DNA of 15,461 bases from Nitrospirota bacterium (GTDB lineage: Bacteria; Nitrospirota; UBA9217). Below the pieces are notes generated by a model. That model was given only the letters and a program-made list of their open reading frames with translations. It had not been told where the DNA came from and ran no database searches. Position 1 is the stretch's first letter; each line of letters opens with the position of its first letter. A program made the translations under genes and the position numbers. Where the stretch lies: contig CAVVOB010000002.1 of the NCBI GenBank assembly GCA_963749655.1, forward strand, positions 1 to 15,461, written 5' to 3'. This document shows, in pieces, positions 7,981-15,461 of the stretch.

Positions 7981-8427
7981 ATGAATGAACATCTTTCCAT
8001 AACCATCGTGCTGGTTGAGGACGACCCGGGCCATGCACTCCTGATCGAGAAGAATCTCAGACGCGCCGGCATCGTGAACGAGATCGTGGCCATCAAAGAC
8101 GGAGGCGCGGCCGTGGAGTATCTTCTGGCACGCGACGGGAACGGGCCCTCCGGGCCGCTGCTCGTGCTCCTCGATCTCAACCTCCCTGTGCTCGACGGGT
8201 ATCAGGTGCTTGAGCGCATCAAGGGTGATGCGAGGACCCGCGGCATACCCGTCGTGATCCTCACCACGACGGACACTCCCCGGGAAGTGGAGCGCTGCTA
8301 CGCGCTGGGATGCAACGTCTATATCACCAAGCCGGTCGAATACGACAGCTTTGCCGGCGCCATCCAGAAGCTCGGCATGTTCCTTTCGATCGTCAAGGTA
8401 CCGGAAAGGAGCGGAAATCATGGTTGA
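7981..8427 (+). CDS. Single-domain response regulator (Rcp1-like), paralog 2
   Basis: RBS AGGAGG; VLVEDD, LLDLNLPVLDGYQVL, YITKPVEYD; closely similar to 2455-2898. Confidence 0.93.
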   Translation: MNEHLSITIVLVEDDPGHALLIEKNLRRAGIVNEIVAIKDGGAAVEYLLARDGNGPSGPLLVLLDLNLPVLDGYQVLERIKGDARTRGIPVVILTTTDTPREVERCYALGCNVYITKPVEYDSFAGAIQKLGMFLSIVKVPERSGNHG

Positions 8428-9727
8428 CATCTCCCTCAGGCGCATCCTGTATATGGAGGACGACCCCGGTCTTTCCCGCCTGCTGCAGAAGAGCCTTCAG
8501 CGGAGGGGGTACATCGTCGATATCGCCGCCGACGGCGAGGAAGGGCTCTCGATGCTGGCGTCATCCAGTTACGATCTGCTGCTCGTGGATTACAACATGC
8601 CGTTCTGCGGCGGGATCGACGTGATCCGCACGCTGTCCGCGCAGGGGGCGCTTCTCCCGACGATCATGGTCACGGGCCAGGGAAACGAGGAGATCGCCGT
8701 CGAGGCGCTCAAGCTCGGAGCGTCGGATTACGTCGTGAAGGACGTGGAGATGAAGTATCTCGACCTGCTCCCGGTGATCATCGACCGGGTCCTCTACCAG
8801 CAGCACATTCTCAGGGAAAGCCACCAGATGGAGGAGCGGTCCGCGAGAGCGAGGAACGCTACCGCCGGCTCGTCGAGCTGTCGCCCGACGGGATCGCCAT
8901 TCTCAGCGACGGCAACTTCGTTTTCATCAATCCCAGGGGCGCCCGGTTTCTCGGCGCGGCAGACCCCGGGCAACTCATCGGGAAAACCGTGTTCGACATC
9001 ATTCATCCCGACTACCGCGCAGTCGCCGAGCAGCGAATGAGCCGGATGATGAGCGAGAAGGACAGCGCGCCGTGGATCGAGGAAAAATTCATCCGCCTCG
9101 ACGGCACGGAGATCGATGTGGAGTGCTCCGGCGTGTCCTTCACCTATGGAGGGAAACCGGCGGTCCAGATGATCTTCCGGGACATCACCGAGCGGAAAAC
9201 GGTGGAGGAGCGTCTCCAGCGTCTGGCGCTGTATGACACGCTCACCGGCCTGCCGAACCGCACGCTGTTCTTCGACCGCATGAACCAGCTTCTGGCGCTG
9301 GCGAAACGGAACCAGTATGTGCTCGCGCTCCTGTATATGGACCTGGACCGTTTCAAGAACATCAACGACACGCTCGGCCACGAGGTGGGCGACCTGCTGC
9401 TGACCGAGGCAGGCGCAGCGCATGACGTCGTGCACCCGGAAGGCCGATACGGTCGCGCGCATGGGCGGCGACGAGTTCATCGGCATCTGCGGCAGGATCG
9501 CGACGCCCCGGGACGCGGCCGTCGTGGCGCGAGAAGATCATCGCGGTCCTGTCCGAGCCGTTTCTGATCAAGGGGCACGAATGCACCGTCGGCGCGAGCA
9601 TCGGCATCAGCCTCTATCCCCACGACGGCGACGACGTCGAAACGCTCGTCAACAAGGCGGACACCGCCATGTACCGCGTAAAGGACGGCGGCAAGGGCGG
9701 GTATCTTATTATTCAGACGTCGAATGA
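8420..9727 (+). CDS. REC-PAS-GGDEF diguanylate cyclase (frameshifted by apparent read errors at about 8837, 9413, 9533 and probably 9705)
   Basis: The ATG at 8420 overlaps the upstream stop region. REC: ILYMEDD, LLVDYNMP, MVTGQG, YVVKD. PAS: ESEERYRRLVELSPDGI...IHPDY...FRDITERK. GGDEF: YDTLTGLPNR, MDLDRFKNINDTLGHEVGDLLL, RKAD-TVARM-GGDEF (I-site RxxD present), ASIGISLYP, KADTAMYRVK. The stop is at 9727, or at 9761 if the last shift is not corrected. Confidence 0.88.
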
Positions 9728-9752
9728 GACCCAGGACGTCCGCCCGCCCAAA

Positions 9753-9770
9753 ATCCGCTGATCAGCGGAT
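9753..9770. repeat. Perfect 18-bp palindrome
   Basis: ATCCGCTGATCAGCGGAT equals its own reverse complement. Confidence 0.75.
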
Positions 9771-9771
9771 C

Positions 9772-9898
9772 GGCTTCTAGTTTCCGAGATTCTGGTTTTG
9801 AGTTTGTAGTTTCCGGCTTCTGCCTTCCGGCTTCTGCCTTCTGACTTCTGCCTTCTGTCTTCTGACTTCTGCCTTCTGTCTTCTGCCTTCTGTCCTGC
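9772..9898. repeat. Heptamer tandem repeat array (GNCTTCT)n
   Basis: Eleven consecutive GGCTTCT/GCCTTCT/GACTTCT/GTCTTCT/GCCTTCC units at 9815-9891, preceded by degenerate AGTTTCC/GGTTTTG/AGTTTGT units from 9772. Confidence 0.88.
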
Positions 9899-9900
9899 TG

Positions 9901-9909
9901 TGATATACT
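9901..9909 (+). promoter_or_regulatory. Putative extended -10 promoter element (TGnTATACT)
   Basis: TGATATACT lies about 30 nt upstream of the ATG at 9940, with a GAGGAG RBS in between. No clear -35. Confidence 0.4.
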
Positions 9910-9939
9910 TTGAAAAGAAAGGGAGAAGAGGAGAGCGCT

Positions 9940-10386
9940 ATGCCGCATTTCGGACTTATGGAGGAGCGGCGGATGGGCCCGGTCGACGGACCGTTTCTGC
10001 GCGCCCGCCTGCATGTTCGCGGCGGGAGGCGGCGGCTACGGCAGGGCAAGATCGCGGCCGGGATCGTGACGCTCTATGATGCGCTCCAGGGCGCCATGCA
10101 GGCCTACGCGGCCGATCCGTCGCATCAGGCCCGTCTTGTGCAGAGGGAACATGAAAAACTCAACGACGACCGGACCCTGTACCGGGTGCTGGTCCGTTCG
10201 CACGTTCTTGACGGTTCATTCGACTTCGATGCTTTTGACCGGTTGACCGAGCAGGCCCTGGCTGAAGAGCTGCCGGGGTACGATTATCAGGATCTGGTCA
10301 AGGGAATCGAGTCCGTCATGACACAGCTCGGCGTCATGCCCTTTGACGAAGCCGTCCTTCCGCCGGAAGATCCGAAGACATATTAA
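9940..10386 (+). CDS. Hypothetical protein (148 aa, probably mostly alpha-helical)
   Basis: Intact ORF MPHFGLMEE...PPEDPKTY with RBS GAGGAG before the ATG at 9940, which is preferred over the TTG at 9910. Codon usage matches neighbouring genes. Confidence 0.75.
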   Translation: MPHFGLMEERRMGPVDGPFLRARLHVRGGRRRLRQGKIAAGIVTLYDALQGAMQAYAADPSHQARLVQREHEKLNDDRTLYRVLVRSHVLDGSFDFDAFDRLTEQALAEELPGYDYQDLVKGIESVMTQLGVMPFDEAVLPPEDPKTY

Positions 10387-10490
10387 ATTAAACACCAAAT
10401 AAATTTCACAAGGGCAATCCTCAAAGGGCAAACAATCAGTCCCCGAATGGAGTTCGGAACTTATTTGTGATTTAGGATCCGGAGTCAGTC

Positions 10491-12260
10491 ATGAATCGTC
10501 TTGCACAGGAAAAATCACCCTATCTCCGCCACGCTGCCGGCCAAAAGGTCGACTGGCATCCGTGGTCCGAAGAAGCCTTTGAACGTGCGCGAAGGGAGCA
10601 GAAGCCCGTCTTCCTGAGCACCGGCGCCATGTGGTGCCATTGGTGCCACGTCATGGCCGCGGAATCCTTCGAGAACGAGGAGACGGCCCGTCTCATGAAC
10701 GAGCTGTTCGTGAATGTCAAGCTCGATCGGGACGAGCGGCCGGACATCGACCGCAGGTACCAGCAGGCAGTCGCGGCCATGGGCGGCGGGAGCGGGTGGC
10801 CGCTTTCCGTTTTCCTGACCCCGGACAAGCAGCCCTTTTACGGGGGCACGTATTTCCCGCCCGGGACGCGGCAGGGCAGGCCGGGCTTCCCGGACGTGCT
10901 CCGGTCGGTCAGTACTTTCTACGTGACCAGGCGCGGCGATGCCGAGGGCTTCTCGCAGCGGGTCATGGAAGCGCTGCAGCAGGAAGCGTTCTCCCCCGCG
11001 AACGTGACGGAAGAGCTTCTCGACGGGGCCGAGCGTGCCATGCTCGGCGCTGTTGACGAGGAGCACGGCGGTTTCGGCGCTGCCCCCAAATTCCCCATGA
11101 GCGGCGCCCTGGATTTTCTGCTGCGCCGCTCCCTTTCGGACAACAGCGGAAAGACCCGCGACGCAGCACGCAGGATGCTCGACGCCATGGCGCGAGGCGG
11201 ATTTCACGACCAGCTCGGCGGGGGCTTCCACCGTTATTCCGTTGATGAGGCCTGGATCATTCCGCATTTCGAAAAAATGGCCGACGATAACGCAGGCCTG
11301 CTCAGGAATTATGTGGACGGGTATGCATTGTTCGGCGATGAAGAGTATCGCCGTGCGGCAGAGGGCATCATCGGCTTCACCCGCGAGGTCCTTTCCGACC
11401 CGGCAGGTGGATTTTATTCAAGTCAGGACGCAGACGTGACGCCCGCCGACGAGGGAGGCTACTTTACCTGGACGGAAGAGGAGTTCCGCAATGCAGTCGA
11501 CCCTCATGAATATAGTGTCCTCTCTATCTATTACCGTCATGACCCGGGAAGCATGCATCATGACCCTGAAAAGAAAGTGCTGTACCTGACGAATACCATG
11601 CAGCAGCTTGCCGACAGCCTCGGTAAGGACGCAGGGGTCGTTCAACAAGTGATCTCCCGCGGCAGGGATAAACTTCTGGAATCGCGTTTGCGGCGGCAGG
11701 CGCCTTACATCGATCGGACACTCTATACCTCGCTGAACGGCATGCTTATCAGCTCCTATTTTCATGCCTATGCCGTGCTGGGCGACGATCAGGTCAGGGA
11801 CTTCGCCGTCAGAAGCCTGGAGCGCATCCTGCGGGAGCGGTACGCGGGCCCCGCGCTGATGCATTCGGAGGACGTTCCCGCCGTGCTCGACGACTATGCC
11901 CATCTCATCGACGCCCTGCTGGCGGGGTACGAGGCAGCGGCGGAGCCGCGCTATCTGTCCCTGGCCAAGGACCTGATGGGGGATTGTCTTGAAAAATTTT
12001 TCGACCGCGACCACGGGGGCTTCTTCGACACCGCAGGCGAGGTCCTTGGAACGAGGCTCAAGAAGATCGAGGACATTCCGCAGCCTTCCCCGGGCGCCGT
12101 GGCGATCATGGGGCTCCTGAAACTTTCGCTGTTGACCGGGAAGGAGGAGTACCGCGGTCTTGCCGAACAATCGCTCAGGCTCTTTGCCGACTATGCCCGT
12201 GAGATCGGCGTGCACGCAGGCGCTTATTTCTGCGCTCTCGATGCGTTGTTCCGCATCTTC
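10491..12260 (+). CDS. yyaL: Thioredoxin-domain / six-hairpin protein of the YyaL (SPATA20/SSP411) family, 3'-truncated at the chimeric junction
   Basis: MNRLAQEKSPYL, CHWCHVM..ESFE, K[L]DRDERPD, GWPLSVFLTPD..PFYGGTYFP, GGFG.APKFP, DQLGGGFHRYSVD..W..PHFEKM, GGFYSSQDAD, LDDYA, GGFFDT. The ORF tail after about 12260 is translated from poly-A/adapter sequence. Confidence 0.92.
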
Positions 12261-12318
12261 GAAGAAAAAAAAAAGAGCCGTTTTTTTTGCCGGACCCCTT
12301 GGCTGAGTACGTATTGCT
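12261..12318 (+). other. Internal nanopore adapter remnant / chimeric read junction
   Basis: A10 (12265-12274), T8 (12281-12288), then GCCGGACCCCTTGGCTGAG-TACGTATTGCT. The ONT ligation adapter top strand is TTTTTTTTCCTGTACTTCGTTCAGTTACGTATTGCT. Genes on both sides are cut mid-frame. Confidence 0.85.
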
Positions 12319-12780
12319 CTGCCCAGCACCAGCTATAACGGCATTATCGATCATCACGAGAAATTTGACGGTATGGGGTATCCGAAGGGAAAAGCCGGAA
12401 CAGTACGTTATTCGGCAGGATCATTACCGTTACGGTGTTTCTGACGCTAACATCCGAACGGCCGTACCGAAAAGCGCTGAGTCCCTCGGAAGCTATGGAG
12501 TACATCATGGGCAACTCGGCGTCCATGTTGACCCCCAGGTTTCCGGGACGTTTATCCAAAAGGTCGCGCCGTACCCGATTGGCACGACGGTGAAGCTGCT
12601 CAGACAGCTATGCAGGCAATTGTCCTTGAGAATTTCGAAGCCTTCTGCCTGAGGCCCGGTTAGGGTTTATAAATACGACGACAGGATTATACCTTTGAAC
12701 TCAACCTGATGGACGATTACAGCCTTCTGAATGTCGTGGTCGAGGATGTGGCTAATGAGGAAAACGATCTTATAAGTTAG
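12319..12780 (+). CDS. HD-GYP c-di-GMP phosphodiesterase, C-terminal fragment (multiple frameshifts)
   Basis: From 12319: LPSTSYNGIIDHHEKFDGMGYPKGKAG, then in shifting frames LFGRIITV, LTSERPYRKALSPSEAMEYIMGNS, DPQV...FIQKVAPYPIGTTVKL, AIVLENFEAFCLRP, ...LLNVVVEDVANEENDLIS*. Confidence 0.8.
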
Positions 12781-12802
12781 AAAAGCTGACTATCAGAATT
12801 TA

Positions 12803-12847
12803 AGGGAGGGCAATAGCCCCTGCGTGTGCAGGCGCTTTGCCCTCCCT
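12803..12847. terminator. Hairpin between convergent genes (probable bidirectional terminator)
   Basis: AGGGAGGGCAA (12803-12813) is the exact reverse complement of TTGCCCTCCCT (12837-12847), with an inner CCTGC/GCAGG stem. Confidence 0.7.
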
Positions 12848-12874
12848 GAGTTATATCCGTTAAGCTGGCGCACT

Positions 12875-13812
12875 TTATATATGTTTGTGATATTTGCGGT
12901 ATTCCGAAATGGTCATGCCTTCGTTTTCTTTGAACAGGCGGTACAGCGTTTGAGGCGCCGAGATACCGACAAGCTCGGCGATTTCCTCGACGGGTTTATC
13001 GGTGTAGCACAGATAGTTCTTCGCGTAGTTGAGCCGGTAGATGTTGAGCGTTTTCCGGAAGCTCGTGCCGGAATAGTCGCTGAAGATTCGGGTGACATGT
13101 CGCGGTGTGATATAAAACGCTTTCGACACGTCTTCCAGCGATATGTTCTTGTGGTAATGCTCGTGCATGTATTTCGTAATTTCAATCGCCAGATTCGTTG
13201 ACCGGTTTCCGGCTAGGCTGCCGGCCGGTAGCTTATCCGGCGAATGAGCACATTGCGCAGCAGCTTCACAAAATATTCGCGGCAGTAATCGACAAGCATG
13301 ATCTTGTCACCCAGTCTGCTTTTCCTCGCTTCACGCTGGAGCCGGAAAAAGAACGCGGCAGTTGTTTTTATCCTCGGCAATTAAATAGAGCTGTTCTTTC
13401 ACGGCGCTTCGAGATTGGCTCACGAATTCGTGCTCCGGCAGGCGGCGACGGTGTCGACTCGGCGTTGTGGTGGATGCCGAGACAAACACCAGTAGACCTT
13501 CGGCTCGTCAGGATCGTAGACGGCGCCGTGGCACACGCCGGGCGGATAAGGATGAAATGATTCGGCTAACAGCAGGTGCTCCTGTCCGCCATGCGCATCC
13601 GCATCCGTCCTTCGAGGATATAATAAATTTCGTAGTTTAAATGGGTGTGCGTAAAATTCCACGCATGTTTCATCCAGCTTTTCCAGATACCGGACGGACA
13701 GGTCGTAGCCGGCCATCTGTAGTTGGAATTTGGAACGGTATATAAAGCAGCATTTTCTTCCCTTACAATAGTTATACAGCTCCCCGAATCCTTGTATACT
13801 CGGTCGTGTCAT
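12875..13812 (-). CDS. AraC/XylS-family transcriptional regulator (N-terminal cupin-like domain plus double HTH; frameshifted; true start possibly ATG at 13753)
   Basis: The C-terminal frame HEHYHKNISLEDVSKAFYITPRHVTRIF...RLNYAKNYL...VEEIAELVG...LYRLFKENEGMTISEYRK is a classic AraC HTH. The upstream frame has cupin-like His motifs (YAHPF, PPGVCHG). Confidence 0.82.
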
Positions 13813-13814
13813 CT

Positions 13815-13843
13815 ATTATAACAACAATATTTACGCGTCACAA
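13815..13843 (-). promoter_or_regulatory. Sigma70/SigA-type promoter for the AraC gene
   Basis: On the minus strand: TTGTGA (13843-13838), 17-nt spacer, TGnTATAAT with TATAAT at 13820-13815. Confidence 0.6.
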
Positions 13844-13907
13844 GCAAGTTTTCAGCCGTGTTCATTGCAAACGGACACAAACAGACCAATCGTGTCTTTC
13901 CGGACGA

Positions 13908-13970
13908 TTGAATTAAAATCCCTTGCGGACAATATAATCAGATGCTGAGGATTACGACATTAAAGGAGGT
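13908..13970 (+). promoter_or_regulatory. Putative promoter and strong RBS for the dehydrogenase operon
   Basis: TATAAT at 13933-13938; TTGAAT at 13908-13913 with a suboptimal 19-nt spacer, compatible with activator dependence; AAAGGAGGT at 13962-13970. Confidence 0.45.
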
Positions 13971-13976
13971 ATAATA

Positions 13977-15045
13977 ATGAAATCGATCACTGTCGTTAAA
14001 GTGGGCAGTCTGCGGGACCCGGACGAAGCAAAACGCGGCAAGGTCAAGGTCACGGATATACCGATGCAGCCTCTGGGGCCGGAGGATGTTCCGTTGTCAG
14101 AAAGAAGTTGCCTATTGCGCGATTTGCGGCTCCGATCCGCACCTCGTGGAAAACATATTCGGGTGGGAAGTACCGTTCGGACTCGGGCATGAGGTTTCCG
14201 GCGTTATTACAGAGCTTGGCCCCAAAGCGACCAGAAAAGGTCTTAAAGTCGGGGACCGCGTCGCCGGGAATTCTCTCCATTTTTGCGGGACATGCTATTA
14301 CTGCCAGAATGGCCAGCAGCAGTTCTGCGAGCACGCCAACGAATCCAACAACCCCGGCATGAGCGAATACGTCGTATGGCACGAATCCAGGTTTATAAAA
14401 TGCCCGACACTGTCAGCCTAAAGGAAGCCTGCATTCTCGAACCCGGTCTCCGTCGCTGTCCGGCTGATGGACAAGGTCGAGATGAAGATTGGGCAACGCG
14501 TCATTATTGTCGGCGGCGGGCCGATTGGGCTGCTCGCGACGCAGGCTGTTCATATGATGGGCGCGTCTGTCTGACACTCGTTGAACCGATCGCCGAGCGC
14601 CGTGCGCTGGCGCTTCAAATACGGCGCCGATCATGCGATCGATCCCATGACGGCAGACATCAAGAAAGTAGCGATGGAGCTGACGGAGGACAGGGTTATG
14701 GGACCACCTGCTCGTCATCGACTGTTCCGGTTCCACGAAAGCCGTTTATGATCTGCCGTTTATCACGGCATTCGGCGGTAAGCTCATTTACGCCGCCATG
14801 TATCCGAACAACTTTGAGATGCCGTTAAACCTTTATAAGTTCATTTACGCCAACGAGCTCACCATCACGGGCATGTACGTTTCTCCCTACGCCTTTCCGC
14901 GCGCCTGGCAGGTTTTCCCGAAATTCGAGTTGAAGGAATTTACTTCAAGGTGTTCTCCGATCGATGACGCCGGAGGAGGCCTTTAAAGCGCAGGTCTACC
15001 GGCAAGCATGTCAAGATCCTCGTCGAGTGTAATAAATTTGAATAA
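13977..15045 (+). CDS. Zn-dependent medium-chain alcohol/polyol dehydrogenase (sorbitol/threonine dehydrogenase-like; frameshifted)
   Basis: Across frames: ICGSD, LGHEVSG, VGDRV, structural Zn motif CGTCYYCQNGQQQFC, ACILEP, GGGPIGLL Rossmann motif, VEPIAERR, IDCSG, ...GKHVKILVECNKFE* (TAA 15043-15045). Confidence 0.88.
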
Positions 15046-15057
15046 GGAGAACCCCTT

Positions 15058-15454
15058 ATGAGTAGAAACAAAATGCGAAGACGGTCCAGGAGCTGGAAGA
15101 AGCGAGCTACAGAATCCGCCATAATCTTTTAAACTTTATCCACAACATCGGTATGGGCCACCTCGGCGGCGAGCTGTCCATGGTGGAAGTCGCCGTGGCA
15201 GCGTATTACAAGTATATGAACTACAGTGTTTTTGATCCTGCAACGAGGACCGCGACCGCTTTATCCTGAGCAAGGGCCATTGCAGCGAGACGCTGTATAC
15301 CATCTTTGCCGACCTCGGCGCTTATACGACGGACTATATGATCGAGCATTTTGAAACGCTGGAGACCGCGAAATTCGGCATGCATTCCAACAGGAAATAC
15401 TGCGAGCAGATCGAAGTTTCCGCAGGCTCGCTGGGCCACGGCCTCCCCATCTCT
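15058..15454 (+). CDS. tkt: Transketolase N-terminal (ThDP-binding) region, probably the N-terminal subunit of a split transketolase; partial
   Basis: RBS AAGGAG overlaps the upstream stop. Motifs GMGHLGGELSMVE, DRFILSKGHCSETLY and IEVSAGSLGHGLPI; truncated by the read end. Confidence 0.85.
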
Positions 15455-15461
15455 AGCAATG

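Noticed and set aside
7809-9898. Repeat arrays as CRISPR or as coding low-complexity proteins (ORFs 7614-7988, 7722-7964, 9709-10014, 9777-10049)
   Set aside because: The units are contiguous 7-mers without unique spacers and no cas genes are present. The ORFs are stop-free by-products of the repeats.
12261-12290. A10...T8 as an intrinsic terminator or phase-variable homopolymer in yyaL
   Set aside because: It directly precedes the adapter-like TACGTATTGCT and both flanking genes are truncated, so a sequencing artefact explains it better.
245-12329. Long minus-strand ORFs (e.g. 245-1342, 2635-3843, 4025-5332, 6631-7563, 11418-12329)
   Set aside because: They are antisense shadows of well-supported plus-strand genes in GC-rich DNA and have no recognisable motifs.
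8420-12780. GGDEF cyclase and HD-GYP phosphodiesterase as a linked c-di-GMP make/break module
   Set aside because: The HD-GYP fragment lies beyond the adapter-containing junction and most likely comes from a different organism.
12287-13560. Plus-strand ORFs 12287-12652, 12824-13201 and 13198-13560 as independent genes
   Set aside because: The first is a mosaic of adapter and HD-GYP frames; the other two are antisense to the AraC gene.
12319-15454. Pseudogene cluster or programmed frameshifting in the right-hand genes
   Set aside because: Indels are frequent and scattered while catalytic motifs are intact, which fits low-quality read sequence.

Overview
The window looks like one error-prone long read made of two unrelated DNA molecules joined at about 12260-12318. 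A garbled Oxford Nanopore ligation adapter is visible there (poly-A, T8, ...TACGTATTGCT), and the read ends in AGCAAT, the start of the adapter reverse complement. The left, GC-rich molecule (1-~12260; diderm, Nitrospirota/Desulfobacterota-like by inference) holds a TolB-like C-terminus, then a co-oriented signalling cluster. In order, the cluster is: membrane histidine kinase with a tandemly duplicated four-helix-bundle sensor, Rcp1-like single-domain response regulator, two paralogous orphan ABC-type substrate-binding proteins, Cache/HAMP/PAS histidine kinase, second Rcp1-like regulator, REC-PAS-GGDEF diguanylate cyclase. A hypothetical protein and a truncated YyaL/SPATA20 thioredoxin-domain gene follow. 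Its intergenic spacers contain several different REP-like palindromes and 7-8-nt periodic repeats, plus one highly structured 265-nt spacer. The right, more AT-rich molecule (12319-15461; Clostridia-like by inference) holds an HD-GYP 3' fragment, a divergent AraC regulator, a Zn-dependent alcohol/polyol dehydrogenase and a transketolase N-terminal region. Many genes carry single-base frameshifts that are best explained as sequencing errors. The best candidate for an undescribed system is the duplicated kinase/regulator cassette with twin transporter-less binding proteins feeding a c-di-GMP output.
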